A stretch of 64,000 nt of DNA from a virus (lineage: Duplodnaviria; Caudoviricetes), in the IMG/VR virus record IMGVR_UViG_3300033075_001228; one strand, written 5' to 3'. Position numbers and translations under genes: made by a program. The notes beneath the pieces are model-generated. The model was not told the origin of the DNA. It saw nothing but the letters and a program-made list of their open reading frames with translations, and made no database searches. This document shows positions 39,842 through 50,548 of the stretch, piece by piece (the stretch's first letter is position 1; each line of letters starts with the position of its first letter).

Positions 39842-39898
39842 TCGCTTCTGCCGTTGATCTTTGGGGTGACCCGGCATAGTATGTTAGGCACAAGTGCT

Positions 39899-40879
39899 AT
39901 GACAGAGGAAGAAATCCAACGACCTGTTCTCATTGTTGACGGTATGAACCTCTTCGTGCGTTCTTGGGCTGCGTACCCAACGATGTCATCCCACGGCTAC
40001 CAGATGGGTGGCTGCATAGGCTTCCTAAAGACGCTGCGTCGTATCGTGTCTGAGGTTCAACCTAGCGTTGTGTATGTAGCGTGGGAAGGCGGAGGCTCAC
40101 AGAGACGTCGTAAGCTGTACCCAATGTACAAGCTGAACAGGCGCCCCGAAAAGCTAAACAGGTTTTACGAGGGTGACATACCAGACACAGATGAGAACAG
40201 GCAACACCAGCTGATCACATTGCTAGGGATGCTAAAATGCATCCCTGTTTGCCAGCTATACGTTTCTGACTGTGAAGGCGATGACATCATTGCGTATCTT
40301 TGTTCATCGCCTTTGCGGAAAAAGGAAAAGATCATCGTTTCCTCCGACAAAGACCTCTATCAGCTCCTTAGCAAGGACACCAAGATCTATAGCTTGCATA
40401 AAAAAACGTTTGTAGAGGCACCTGATGTTCTGGTGGAGTTTAGGGTTCAGGCGCATAACTTTGCCCTAGCAAAGGCGTTGTGCGGCGATCCGTCTGACAA
40501 CGTTCCTGGCATCAAAGGCATTGGGTTCAAGACTGTATCTAAGATGTATCCGTTTCTTGGCACTGAGCAGGAAGCGTTGTTGCAGGATGTGATCAGCTAT
40601 GCCGCAGCTCACATTGATGAGAGCGTAATTCATCGCCGTGTTGTCCAGCAGCAAGAAGACATCAAACGAAACTGGCATTTGGTTTTTCTTGACGGAAGCA
40701 TGTTGTCTGCAACGCAAGCCGCCTCTGTTGAACATGTCATGAGTACATTCAAGCCTCGTTCTGATAGAATGGGGCTAATGAAGCTGTTGTTGAAAGATGG
40801 GATCAGCGATTTTGACGTAGAAAACTTTTTCTACTCATTCAACTGCATCAACAACATTGAGCATAAAACTGGTTCTTGA
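39899..40879 (+). CDS. 5'-3' exonuclease / RNase H (FEN/PolI N-terminal family)
   Basis: 'IVDGMNL', 'YKLNR', 'EGDDII', 'SSDKDLYQL', 'GDPSDNVPGIKGIG.KT'. Confidence 0.9.
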   Translation: MTEEEIQRPVLIVDGMNLFVRSWAAYPTMSSHGYQMGGCIGFLKTLRRIVSEVQPSVVYVAWEGGGSQRRRKLYPMYKLNRRPEKLNRFYEGDIPDTDENRQHQLITLLGMLKCIPVCQLYVSDCEGDDIIAYLCSSPLRKKEKIIVSSDKDLYQLLSKDTKIYSLHKKTFVEAPDVLVEFRVQAHNFALAKALCGDPSDNVPGIKGIGFKTVSKMYPFLGTEQEALLQDVISYAAAHIDESVIHRRVVQQQEDIKRNWHLVFLDGSMLSATQAASVEHVMSTFKPRSDRMGLMKLLLKDGISDFDVENFFYSFNCINNIEHKTGS

Positions 40880-40943
40880 TTTTGAGCACGTCATGCTTTG
40901 ACGTCTGTCATGGGCTTTGTCCACCAAACGACCTGAGGAATAA

Positions 40944-42386
40944 GTGAGTAACCAATCAACAACGTTTAACGAATACGGAAAAGCCTTTCAGGAAAAGGTC
41001 ATGCAGGCGCTGCTCGTCGACAAGCAGTTTGCTGAGCAGATGCTTGAGGTGTTTAACGTTGACTACTTTGACCTGAAATACCTTAGCTTCTTGTCAGATC
41101 GGTATTTTAGCTTTGCGAGGAAATACAAGGTGTTTCCTACGTTGCAGATGCTCGTCACAATCATCCGTGACGAGCTAAAGGTTGCGACTGACGTCGCGCT
41201 GCGTGATCAGATCATCAGCTACCTGCAAAGGATGCGATCAAACCCAGATCCAGGCGACCTCCAGTATGTGAAGGAAAAGTCGCTTGATTTTTGTCGTAAG
41301 CAGGCGTTGAGGTCTGCGATTGAGGGTGCCATCGATGACATTGAGGCAGAGAAATACGACCAGATCGTAGAAAAGATCAAGAGCGCCATCTGCGTCGGAA
41401 CAACCCCGGCTCTTGGACACGATTTCTTTGTTGACTATGACAGCAGGTTTACGTTGATGCAGCGAAACTGCGTCGCCACTGGCGTTGATGAGCTAGATCG
41501 TAAAGACATCCTCAACGGTGGCCTAGGATCAGGCGAGATCGGCGTAATCGTTGCTCCGACTGGCGTCGGTAAGAGCCACATGCTTACGTTTCTAGGCGCA
41601 AATGCGTTAAGGGCTAACGTTGACGTGTTGCACTATACGTTTGAGCTTTCTGAAGAAGCAGTCGGTCGTCGTTACGATTCTAACCTTTGTGACATTGATT
41701 CTAACGACGTCATTGACAACAAGGAAGCAATCATTGAAAAGTACAAGTCGATGAAGCTGGGGAGGCTTAGGATCAAGTACCTGCCGCCAAACACAGCGAC
41801 CATCTACACGTTGAGAAGCCACATTGAACGCCTTGATCTTAAAGGATTTCATCCTGGGTTGATTGTCATTGACTACGCTGACATCATGCGTTCAACGCGT
41901 CAGTATGACTCGTTGAGGCACGAGTTAAAGCTGATTTATGAAGAGCTTAGGGGATACGCTGGCGAAAAGAAGGTCCCAATCTGGACAGCCTCGCAGTCCA
42001 ACAAGGAAGGTTCCCAGACTGAGATCGTGGACCTGAGCAACATGAGCGAGGCGTATGGAAAAGCGATGGTTGCAGACGTTGTCATAGGCATCTCTAGGCG
42101 GTCGCACGAAAAAGCTGATGGCCATGGTCGTTTGTTCATTGCTAAAAACAGGGCTGGCCGCGACGGCATCGTGTATCCAGTGAAGATCGATACGTCTCGC
42201 AGCGTGTTTGAGATCTCAGGTCGCGCCAGCAACCCAGAAGAAACGATCAAGGAAAATGAAAGTGACTTTAAACGTGCGATCCGTGACAAGTGGAAGGAAG
42301 TTCAGAACGACACCGTTCTTCAACGACGAAATCCACCTACGATTGATGGCGAAGATGTTTCAGACGTGACCAAAAAGAGCGAATAG
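40944..42386 (+). CDS. DnaB-like replicative helicase (T4 gp41-like)
   Basis: 'APTGVGKS', 'ELSE', 'IDYAD', 'TASQ', 'AKNRAG'. Confidence 0.9.
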   Translation: MSNQSTTFNEYGKAFQEKVMQALLVDKQFAEQMLEVFNVDYFDLKYLSFLSDRYFSFARKYKVFPTLQMLVTIIRDELKVATDVALRDQIISYLQRMRSNPDPGDLQYVKEKSLDFCRKQALRSAIEGAIDDIEAEKYDQIVEKIKSAICVGTTPALGHDFFVDYDSRFTLMQRNCVATGVDELDRKDILNGGLGSGEIGVIVAPTGVGKSHMLTFLGANALRANVDVLHYTFELSEEAVGRRYDSNLCDIDSNDVIDNKEAIIEKYKSMKLGRLRIKYLPPNTATIYTLRSHIERLDLKGFHPGLIVIDYADIMRSTRQYDSLRHELKLIYEELRGYAGEKKVPIWTASQSNKEGSQTEIVDLSNMSEAYGKAMVADVVIGISRRSHEKADGHGRLFIAKNRAGRDGIVYPVKIDTSRSVFEISGRASNPEETIKENESDFKRAIRDKWKEVQNDTVLQRRNPPTIDGEDVSDVTKKSE

Positions 42387-42455
42387 GTATGGGAACCATG
42401 AGGGCTGGTCTAAGTTCACCTGACCAGCCTTGGGTTGTTTACGCCTCGGGAGACA

Positions 42456-45400
42456 ATGTTGATGAAGACGTTTAAGTACCGTGAAGTCCGTGAAGCATCG
42501 CTTAAGTACTTCAATGGTGATGAGTTGGCAGCGGATGTTTTTGCGGGAAAGTACGCCCTTCGTGACCTAAAAGGCAACATCTATGAGCTGACTCCATCTG
42601 ACATGCATCGTCGCTTAGCGCGTGAGTTTGCTCGTGTTGAAGCGAAGTATCCGGACCCACTGTCAGAAGATGACATCTTTGCGTTGCTGTCGTCGTGGGA
42701 AGTGGTCCCACAAGGAAGCCCCATGGCTGCGCTTGGTAACGATTTTCAGTATCAATCGTTGTCCAATTGCTTCGTGGTTGAGTCTCCACACGATTCATAC
42801 GGCGGCATCATGAAGACCGACCAGGAACAGGCGCAGATCATGAAACGTCGAGGTGGCGTTGGATTTGATATCTCAACGATCAGGCCTCGCGGCATCCAGA
42901 CTGCAAACGCTGCCAGGACCACTGACGGCATCAGCGTCTTCATGGAGCGCTTCAGCAACACGTGTCGTGAAGTTGCGCAAGGCGGCCGCCGCGGAGCGTT
43001 GATGCTGACGATATCGGTGCATCACCCAGAGATCCGTACCTTTATCAACATCAAGAAGGACAAGAAGAAGGTAACCGGCGCCAACATCTCCATTCGCTTG
43101 ACCGATGAGTTCATGAACGCTGTCAAGGAAGGCGGCAACGTCCACCTACGCTTTCCGGTAGAGAAGGGCGTCCAGCACCTCGTTGAGGAGCACGTAGACG
43201 CTAGGCAGCTGTGGCATGAAATCATCGAAGCCGCGTGGGAGTCGGCTGAACCCGGCCTGTTGTTTTGGGACACCGTCCTTCGTCGCGGTCCAGCAGATGC
43301 ATACGCCGCGTTTGGGTACGGATCGACGAGCACGAACCCGTGTTTGGCGGGTGACACAAAGATTGCGACAGCTGACGGCCGCGGGTATGTATCCATTAAA
43401 CAGCTGGCCGAAGAAGGCAAGGACGTTCCGGTCTATTGTCATCAGGAGGCCACTGGAAAAATGATCGTTCGCCTAATGAGGAATCCTAGGTTGACTGGTG
43501 TCAACGTTCCCGTGTTCAAGGTGACGATTGAGGGTGGCCATACGTTCAAAGCAACCGGCAATCATGCGATGATCATGCGCGACGGAACCCGTAAACGAGT
43601 AGATGAACTTGTGACGGGTGATCAGCTAATGATCTCAAAGCGTGTTGAACGAACTCTTGTTGAATTGAATGCATCATCTCGTTCATCTAACCCAAACCAT
43701 TACGTGATTATCGAAAATGACAAAGGTTCAAAATGTGAACACCGGATGATTTGGGAACATTATCACGGAAAAATCCCGACAGGTCACGTGATTCATCACG
43801 TGAATTTTGACTCAAAAGATAACCGACTTGAGAATCTACAATGCATGGGCTACATGGAACATCGAGAGCTGCATGCTGCTGCGATTCGTGGGGAAAACAA
43901 TCCGATCTTCAAGATCAAAGCCGATCCAAAACGATTCGCAGAATACTCTGCTAAGCTGAGCGCGGCCACCTCGGGCGAGAACAACCCACGAGCTTTGGAT
44001 GTTTCTAACGATGACATCAGGCAACACGCGTTGTTCCTAACGCGTGAGCTTGGTCGCAGGGCATCTATCAAAGAATGGTATGCATATGCAAAGGCGTTGA
44101 ATCTGCCGATGAGCTTTACAGGCTCCCAGAGACATGAGCTTGGCAGCTTCTATGATCTATCGTTGTGGGCTGCAGGTGAGCTTGGGTTTGAACATGCGTC
44201 TATTGACGTTCGCGTCCAACGAACGCTCGCAGCCGCTGTTGAGCAAGGCTATGACGTTGACGTCATTGACGGTGAGGTTCACGTCAACCGGACGTGCGAG
44301 TGGTGCAATGAAGCGTTCACGAACCTGTGGGGACGACGTGAGATCGCCTTCTGTTCGCACTCGTGTTCTAATCTCTATGCAAATAGGAAGCAAGGCAAAA
44401 ACGAGGCGCGGAAGGCTTCGCTTCGGGCGATGCACGCTAGGAAAGCAGATGCGTCACGAGTTGCACAGCTCAACGCATTTACCGCGAGCAGGTTTGAGCT
44501 GCAACGCGATCCGACGTTTAACGAATGGGTTGCGAAGTGTAGGCAGGTTGGGTGCCCAGCTAGGATCGGTACGAAGAACGGGTTCGCCTCGTGGCCAGCG
44601 CTCAAGGAAGCCGCTGCAAATCACAATCATCGCGTCGTCAGCGTTGAACCGTGTGGCAGCGAGGACGTGTACAACGGGACGGTGGACGAAGAGCACAATT
44701 TTTGTTTTGGTGGATGGAACGTTGGTAATAACGAATTTTTACAAGTTCACAGTCGAAATTGCGGAGAGATTACGTTATCTCCGTACGACTCGTGTCGCCT
44801 GTTGCTCGTCAACCTCTCAAAGTTCGTCAAGGACCCATTCACTTCAGGAGCAAAGTTCGACTTCGAGCGGTTTCACACTGTCGTCGTAAGGGCACAAAAG
44901 CTTATGGATGATCTCGTCGATCTTGAGCTCGAGGCAGTCGACAGGATCATCAACAAGATTGACAATGATCCTGAGCCTGAAGACGTGAAACGTCTTGAAC
45001 GTGAGCTGTGGATGAAGATCCGCAACGCTGCCGCCAATGGACGCCGCACCGGTCTAGGCATCACAGCCTTGGGCGACACGTTGGCATTTTTGGGCATCAG
45101 GTACGGTTCAGAAGAATCTGTCAGGGTGACTGAACAGTTGTACCGAGCGCTCGCCTTGGGTGCATACAGGTCGACCGTCGAGATGGCACGTGATCGGGGT
45201 CCCTTCCCGATCTTCTCGCACAAGGTCGAAGCTGGTCACGAGTTCATCGAACAGGTGATGGCTGAGGACGCCGAACTCGCCGAGCTCTACAGGAAGTTCG
45301 GCCGCCGCAACATCGCGTTGACGACGACTGCGCCCGCGGGATCAGTTTCAATCCTGACGCAGACGACATCAGGCTGTGAACCAGCGTTCCTCCTGAGCTA

Positions 45401-46352
45401 CAAGCGTCGCAAGAAGATCAATCCGAACGACCAGGCAGCGCACGTCGACTTCGTCGACGCAATGGGTGACAAGTGGCAGGAGTACACTGTCTACCACCAC
45501 GGCTTCAAGAAATGGATGGAAGCCACTGGCGAGGAGGCGGTCGACAAGTCGCCCTATGCCGGTGCAACGAGCAACGACATCGATTGGGTCAAGAAGATCG
45601 ACGTTCAGGCGGCTGCACAGAAGTGGATCTGTCACTCGATCTCGAACACGACCAACATTCCCAAGGAAACCACGGTCGACGTCGTCAAGGACATCTATAT
45701 GCGTGGCTGGGAGACTGGGTGCAAGGGCGTCACCATTTACCTTGACGGTTCACGTGATGGCGTCCTTGTCACTGAAGAACACACACATGAAGGATTGATC
45801 GTTGATACGCATGCTCCGCGCCGGCCGAAGGTCCTACCGTGCGACATCCATCACGCACGTATTCAAGGCGAAAATTATGTTGTCATCGTTGGGCTGATGG
45901 ACGGCAGGCCGTACGAGGTGTTTGCTGGGTTACAGGAACACGTGGAGGTACCGAAGAAGGCTCCTAAACGCGGGAAGCTGACGAAGAACGGCAGGAACAA
46001 GAGCGGTATCGCTACCTACAACCTTAGCATCCTAGACAACGATGATGAGATGGTGTTCAAGGACATCGTGAACCTGTTCGACAACCCAGTTCACGGAGCG
46101 TTCACCAGGACGATTTCGTTGGCAATACGTCACGGTGTCCCGGTGCAATACCTGGTCGAGCAGCTCAAAAAGGACAAACACAGCGACATGACGTCGTTTT
46201 CTAACGTCATCGCAAGGGTTCTTAAGGCATACATCAACGACGGAGCAAAGGTGACTGCTGAGAAAAGCTGCGGAGAGTGTGGCTCATCTAACCTTCAGTA
46301 CCAACAAGGGTGCGTAACCTGCGCAGGTTGTGGTTGGAGCAAGTGTGGGTGA
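42456..46352 (+). CDS. nrdJ: Class II (adenosylcobalamin-dependent) ribonucleotide reductase with intein
   Basis: 'SLSNCF', 'RRGGVG', 'QGGRRGALM', NPC|GE split by the intein, 'TAPAGS..', 'GCKGVTIY'; C-terminal Cys-rich domain; no small subunit gene adjacent. Confidence 0.88.
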   Translation: MLMKTFKYREVREASLKYFNGDELAADVFAGKYALRDLKGNIYELTPSDMHRRLAREFARVEAKYPDPLSEDDIFALLSSWEVVPQGSPMAALGNDFQYQSLSNCFVVESPHDSYGGIMKTDQEQAQIMKRRGGVGFDISTIRPRGIQTANAARTTDGISVFMERFSNTCREVAQGGRRGALMLTISVHHPEIRTFINIKKDKKKVTGANISIRLTDEFMNAVKEGGNVHLRFPVEKGVQHLVEEHVDARQLWHEIIEAAWESAEPGLLFWDTVLRRGPADAYAAFGYGSTSTNPCLAGDTKIATADGRGYVSIKQLAEEGKDVPVYCHQEATGKMIVRLMRNPRLTGVNVPVFKVTIEGGHTFKATGNHAMIMRDGTRKRVDELVTGDQLMISKRVERTLVELNASSRSSNPNHYVIIENDKGSKCEHRMIWEHYHGKIPTGHVIHHVNFDSKDNRLENLQCMGYMEHRELHAAAIRGENNPIFKIKADPKRFAEYSAKLSAATSGENNPRALDVSNDDIRQHALFLTRELGRRASIKEWYAYAKALNLPMSFTGSQRHELGSFYDLSLWAAGELGFEHASIDVRVQRTLAAAVEQGYDVDVIDGEVHVNRTCEWCNEAFTNLWGRREIAFCSHSCSNLYANRKQGKNEARKASLRAMHARKADASRVAQLNAFTASRFELQRDPTFNEWVAKCRQVGCPARIGTKNGFASWPALKEAAANHNHRVVSVEPCGSEDVYNGTVDEEHNFCFGGWNVGNNEFLQVHSRNCGEITLSPYDSCRLLLVNLSKFVKDPFTSGAKFDFERFHTVVVRAQKLMDDLVDLELEAVDRIINKIDNDPEPEDVKRLERELWMKIRNAAANGRRTGLGITALGDTLAFLGIRYGSEESVRVTEQLYRALALGAYRSTVEMARDRGPFPIFSHKVEAGHEFIEQVMAEDAELAELYRKFGRRNIALTTTAPAGSVSILTQTTSGCEPAFLLSYKRRKKINPNDQAAHVDFVDAMGDKWQEYTVYHHGFKKWMEATGEEAVDKSPYAGATSNDIDWVKKIDVQAAAQKWICHSISNTTNIPKETTVDVVKDIYMRGWETGCKGVTIYLDGSRDGVLVTEEHTHEGLIVDTHAPRRPKVLPCDIHHARIQGENYVVIVGLMDGRPYEVFAGLQEHVEVPKKAPKRGKLTKNGRNKSGIATYNLSILDNDDEMVFKDIVNLFDNPVHGAFTRTISLAIRHGVPVQYLVEQLKKDKHSDMTSFSNVIARVLKAYINDGAKVTAEKSCGECGSSNLQYQQGCVTCAGCGWSKCG
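43341..44759 (+). mobile_element. Intein (473 aa) with HNH endonuclease, inserted at the RNR active-site Cys
   Basis: Starts 'CLAGDTKIATADG', block B 'ATGNH', HNH 'IHHVNFDSKDNRLENL', ends 'VYNGTVDEEHNF...VHSRN' followed by C(GE). Confidence 0.92.
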
Positions 46353-46388
46353 TACTTAAGACAAGCTGCTTTAAGCAAAAGGCAACAA

Positions 46389-46850
46389 ATGAAAAAAGCT
46401 GTTAACGTTACCCCAGGGATGCTTCGTTCATTGATCAATGAAGCGATCCAGGGACGAAACCCTGGTGATCCTTTGTTTTCGCCGCCTTCCCGTCGCCTCT
46501 CAGAGGCAGGACCAGAGGCCATGCGCGTTGACATGTCGATCATGAGTGATGTGCTTGACAATCAGGCACACGACATCGGAATCAACCTGTCGCAAGCGAC
46601 AGTTGAGAGGTTTCAGACGCAGATTGCAAGGGTAATTGCGGCTGAGATGTCTAAGCACAGCATGGCGTTAAGCCCAATCGATCCCAGGTCGTTTGTTGAT
46701 GAAATTGAGGAAGCAAACCCTGACGTGGTGACTGAAGCCAGGGAGCAGTGTGTTTTTGAGATGACGTCTGCCCTAAAGAAGTTTGCTAACGTTCTTGGTG
46801 AAATGGGTGTGTTTTTAGCAGGCGGTCGTGAGGCTGACGAAGGGTTTTGA
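46389..46850 (+). CDS. Small protein with shared N-terminal helix (LRSLINEAIQG)
   Basis: Motif family member; downstream of ATACTTA. Confidence 0.7.
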   Translation: MKKAVNVTPGMLRSLINEAIQGRNPGDPLFSPPSRRLSEAGPEAMRVDMSIMSDVLDNQAHDIGINLSQATVERFQTQIARVIAAEMSKHSMALSPIDPRSFVDEIEEANPDVVTEAREQCVFEMTSALKKFANVLGEMGVFLAGGREADEGF

Positions 46851-46854
46851 GCCA

Positions 46855-47199
46855 ATGAAGAAGTCTATTAAGCTCGACCAGAATGCACTTCGTGGCCTGA
46901 TCAGGGAGGCGATCCAGGGTCGCCAACCTGGCAGCCCGTTGTTCACGCCTCCCGTTGAAAAGAAGAAGCGTCTTAAAGAGTCCGTTTCTCAGGGTGCAGA
47001 GCTGGAGGCGTTGCTTGATGCGTGTTCTGACCAATGGTCAGAGCTTGACGACGGAGACGACCCATCTATTGGCGCAGTAGGTTCAGAAAACTGGGAGCAG
47101 CAGGTGCAAGCCGCGGTTGATGAACTACGAGACCGTATCGTAGATGCGTGTGATGAAGTTGAGCAGCAGCTGATTGACGGTCACTACTACGAAGATTGA
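46855..47199 (+). CDS. Small protein with shared N-terminal helix (LRGLIREAIQG); N-terminal paralogue of the upstream gene
   Basis: AIQGRQPGSPLFTPP versus AIQGRNPGDPLFSPP. Confidence 0.7.
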   Translation: MKKSIKLDQNALRGLIREAIQGRQPGSPLFTPPVEKKKRLKESVSQGAELEALLDACSDQWSELDDGDDPSIGAVGSENWEQQVQAAVDELRDRIVDACDEVEQQLIDGHYYED

Positions 47200-47200
47200 C

Positions 47201-47467
47201 GTGAAGGTTTGTATAGGCGACTTAAGACGATTGATCCGCGAAGAATACCTTCGTGGCGTCCCTGAGTTTGTCCTACGTCAGGCCACGACCAAGTACGTTG
47301 ATGACATCAGGCAACAGGTCTTCAGGTACATTTCGTCAAACAGGTCAGCGACGCCTGAAGACAGAAGGAACGCTATCGCAGCTGCGAATGAAGTCCTTGA
47401 AGAGCTAGAAACAAAAGCAAACGCTCTCCTGGAAGACCAGCTGTGGAGTTTTGTTCAAAGGATCTAG
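47201..47467 (+). CDS. Small protein with shared N-terminal helix (MKVCIGDLRRLIREE)
   Basis: GTG at 47201; motif family member. Confidence 0.65.
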   Translation: MKVCIGDLRRLIREEYLRGVPEFVLRQATTKYVDDIRQQVFRYISSNRSATPEDRRNAIAAANEVLEELETKANALLEDQLWSFVQRI

Positions 47468-47498
47468 CAGCGAGCAAATAGTGTAGTAATTTTGCTCG

Positions 47499-47798
47499 GT
47501 GGAGCTAGAACACTTAACCTGCCAATGCGGCAGCTTTGAACATACTGTGAGGCTTAGCCTTGATGCTGGTGACGGCAGACTATGGCTTGAGTTTTGCACC
47601 GATCGTTTTGATCCTTGGTGGAAACGCGTCTTGACTGCGTTGAAGCATGTCTTTGGACGTGCACGTAGCAGTCGTTATGATGCCGTATTGATACGCGCAA
47701 ACGACTACGACAAGCTGCGCGACATGCTGAGGAAGTCGGAGATTGCTAAGGCTGGTGCTCAGTCTAGGGCGCGTGAACAACTGTTAAAAGGGTGGTAG
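47499..47798 (+). CDS. Hypothetical protein
   Basis: 99 aa; CxC..EH and 'WWKRV..A.K..FG'. Confidence 0.6.
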   Translation: MELEHLTCQCGSFEHTVRLSLDAGDGRLWLEFCTDRFDPWWKRVLTALKHVFGRARSSRYDAVLIRANDYDKLRDMLRKSEIAKAGAQSRAREQLLKGW

Positions 47799-47838
47799 GA
47801 TGGTTTAGAAAACCTGTCACGAAAGGGCGTATGGTCAC

Positions 47839-48717
47839 ATGGGATATGCAGCAAAGATTTTGAAAGACAGTATCACGTACAGAGGACACGAGTCACACAG
47901 GCTGACGACGATGGAGGTGACGTTTCCTCGTATCGTCTTAGCGGAGTTTAACACCCATAGGGTCTTTTCAAGAAACAGCGCATCCAGCAGGGCCATCCCA
48001 GTCGAAAAGAGGATCGCTGCGGTTGCGAACGATCCGTTCGTTCCAGGCGCATTTGGCAAAAACCAAAAGGGGATGCAGGCGTCTGAAAACCTTGAAGGCA
48101 CAGATGCATATGACGCTAAGTATGCATGGATGTCAGCCAAGGATGAAGCGGTTCGTTGGGCAAAACGGCTCGCTGAGGTCGGGGTGCACAAGCAGATCGC
48201 GAATCGTTTGATTGAGCCGTTTTGCTGGCAGACTGTCATCGTTTCTGCCACGGAGTGGGACAACTTTTTCGCGTTGCGTTGCAACCCAGACGCTCAGCCA
48301 GAAATTCGTCATGTGGCTGACATGATGCGAGAGGCGTATGAAGCGTCAGTGCCTTCAAGGCTCCTTCCCGGCGCATGGCACATGCCGTTGCTTCCAGACG
48401 AAGCTGAGCTTACTGCAGCTGGATACACGGTAGAAGACCTGTGTCGCATCAGCGTAGGTCGCTGCGCGCGGGTATCATACCTTACGCATGACGGTGTTCG
48501 TGACCCAAAGGCAGACATTGACCTATATGAAAGGCTTCGATCTAGCGGGCACATGAGCCCGCTTGAGCACGTTGCTCGCCCGTTGACACTTGATGACATC
48601 AAGAACAGGGGCCTAAAGAGCTACATGCCGTTTGTCGGCAACTTTTGCGGCTGGGTCCAGCTTCGAAAGCAGCTTCCAAACGAAGACAACTTTGCAAAGG
48701 TCATTGCCGCTCGTTGA
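47839..48717 (+). CDS. thyX: FAD-dependent thymidylate synthase (ThyX-like)
   Basis: 'LAEFNTHRVFSRNSASSRAIP', 'HKQIANR', 'FFALR...AQPEI', 'ARVSY', 'H.SPLEH'. Confidence 0.8.
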   Translation: MGYAAKILKDSITYRGHESHRLTTMEVTFPRIVLAEFNTHRVFSRNSASSRAIPVEKRIAAVANDPFVPGAFGKNQKGMQASENLEGTDAYDAKYAWMSAKDEAVRWAKRLAEVGVHKQIANRLIEPFCWQTVIVSATEWDNFFALRCNPDAQPEIRHVADMMREAYEASVPSRLLPGAWHMPLLPDEAELTAAGYTVEDLCRISVGRCARVSYLTHDGVRDPKADIDLYERLRSSGHMSPLEHVARPLTLDDIKNRGLKSYMPFVGNFCGWVQLRKQLPNEDNFAKVIAAR

Positions 48718-48725
48718 GCCACAAC

Positions 48726-49076
48726 ATGCTGTACCAATACTCTGCTAAGCTACAGAAGGTTGTAGACGGTGACACAGTTGACTTGGTCGTTGACCTAGGG
48801 TTTTCAATCAATGTGACAATGAGGTTTAGGCTTGACGGCATTGACGCTCCGGAGATGAAGGCTCCTACCCTGGTTGAAGGGAAATCAGCCAAGGAACACC
48901 TGGGTGTTTTGCTTGCTGATGCAAACAACGGCGTCATATACGTTGATTCGTTAGGCAGGGACAAGTACGGTCGCTGGGTAGCCAAGCTGACGATGGTCAG
49001 CAAGCTATCTGGCGCGATGCTTGATGTCAACAAACAGATGATCTCTGACGGATTTGCTGTGGCATACGTGCCGTGA
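48726..49076 (+). CDS. Thermonuclease (SNase family)
   Basis: 'VVDGDT', 'RLDGIDAPE', 'DKYGR'. Confidence 0.9.
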   Translation: MLYQYSAKLQKVVDGDTVDLVVDLGFSINVTMRFRLDGIDAPEMKAPTLVEGKSAKEHLGVLLADANNGVIYVDSLGRDKYGRWVAKLTMVSKLSGAMLDVNKQMISDGFAVAYVP

Positions 49077-49106
49077 CCTTTTACGTTGAGGTGGTTAGAA
49101 TTTCAT

Positions 49107-49703
49107 ATGCTTGCTAACATTATTGCAATCGAAGGCCCAGATAAGCACGGAAAAGCGACCCAGTCAAAAATGCTGGCACATTCGCTGAGGAGGTACGGCG
49201 ACCGCGTTGCCCTCGTCGAGGTTCCGTTTAACGACAAGATGACACACCGTTTGATCTATTGGATGTTGACGAACGGTTTTGCAAAACGTTACCCAAACGT
49301 TTTTCAGTTTGTTCAGTTCTTAAACAAGCTACTGTTTCAGTGGACGTACCTGCTGTGGCTGCGCCTTTCGTATGACTTTGTCATCTTAGATCGTTGGCGT
49401 TTGTCTGCTGTTGTTTACGGAGACGCAACAGGCGTCAACAAAACCTTCAACAGGGTCTTGTATCACCTGCTTAAGCCAGCACACCTGACAGTCGTCCTCC
49501 ACGGTATTTCCTTTAAGCGTAAGGAAGCAGATGACGTATATGAAAAAGACTCTAGCCTTCAAGAGGCCGTGAAGGCAGGCTACCGTGAGTGGGCCTTAGA
49601 TCATCCGAACGATCATTTGCTTGTGTTAAACACAAACGGTCGCGACTGGATCCATGACACCATTTACACGTCTGTTTGCATGAAGTTCCCGGAGGGAGCA
49701 TGA
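49107..49703 (+). CDS. tmk: Thymidylate (dTMP) kinase
   Basis: 'IAIEGPDKHGKATQ', 'VILDRW..S..VYG'. Confidence 0.8.
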   Translation: MLANIIAIEGPDKHGKATQSKMLAHSLRRYGDRVALVEVPFNDKMTHRLIYWMLTNGFAKRYPNVFQFVQFLNKLLFQWTYLLWLRLSYDFVILDRWRLSAVVYGDATGVNKTFNRVLYHLLKPAHLTVVLHGISFKRKEADDVYEKDSSLQEAVKAGYREWALDHPNDHLLVLNTNGRDWIHDTIYTSVCMKFPEGA

Positions 49704-49732
49704 AGTTCGAAGTCATCGTCGCTGATCGGTGA
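49700..49732 (+). pseudogene. Relic 5' end of the MT-A70 methylase gene (MKFEVIVADR*)
   Basis: Duplicates the start of 50541 (MAKFEVIVADP); ATGA-coupled to tmk. Confidence 0.75.
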
Positions 49733-49744
49733 ATATTTACAAAG

Positions 49745-50548
49745 ATGTGGATCTACGTCGTTCGAAACACAATCAACGATAAGCTTTATGTTGGTCAGAC
49801 TGAACGAATCAACCCAAACGAACGCTGGCGTGAACATCTAGAATGCGTCAAAGGAAGGCGCCGCCAGAGGTTGTACTCATCGATAAGGTCTCATGGTATC
49901 GAAAAGTTCGAGTTCACACCGTGGGAACAACATCTTACGTTAGATGATCTTGATGATGCTGAGCAATTTTGGATCGCTTTCTTTCGTAGTTGGGATGAAG
50001 CGTTCGGTTACAATCAGACGATGGGTGGACAGTGGGGTCGTCTGACGCCTGACGGTCGACATCACCTGTCAGAGATCAATCGAGGTGAAAAGAATCCCTT
50101 CTATGGTAAACATCACACTGAAAAAGCGAAGAGAGCGATTAGCGTTGCATTAAAGGGAAATCAATATGGAAAAGGTGTGATCTCTTCCGAAGAAAAGAAA
50201 GAAAAACAACGTCAATCAATGAAGAAAGTCTGGACAGATCCTGAGTACAAAGAAAGATTAAGACGATCACATCAAAATCGAACTTGGTCATTGTCTGAGT
50301 CGGGAAAGCGTTCTATTTCGTTGTCAACTTCACAAAAGAACGTAGCATTGCGTGGTGAAAAGGGTCGAAATTCAAAATTGACTGAAGAGAACGTCCGACA
50401 AATTTTGATCTCTCTTGAAAATGACGCATCTGGAAGTGCGATGAACAAACTTTCAAAACAATTTAATGTTTCATTGCGTTTGATTCAGGGAATCAAAGCG
50501 AAAAAATGTCCCGCATGGCAACACCTTTTCGGAGAGAACAATGGCTAA
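49745..50548 (+). mobile_element. Free-standing GIY-YIG homing endonuclease (NUMOD3)
   Basis: 'WIYVVRNTINDKLYVGQT...RW.EH...GYN', 'GEKNPFYGKHHTEKAK'. Confidence 0.88.
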
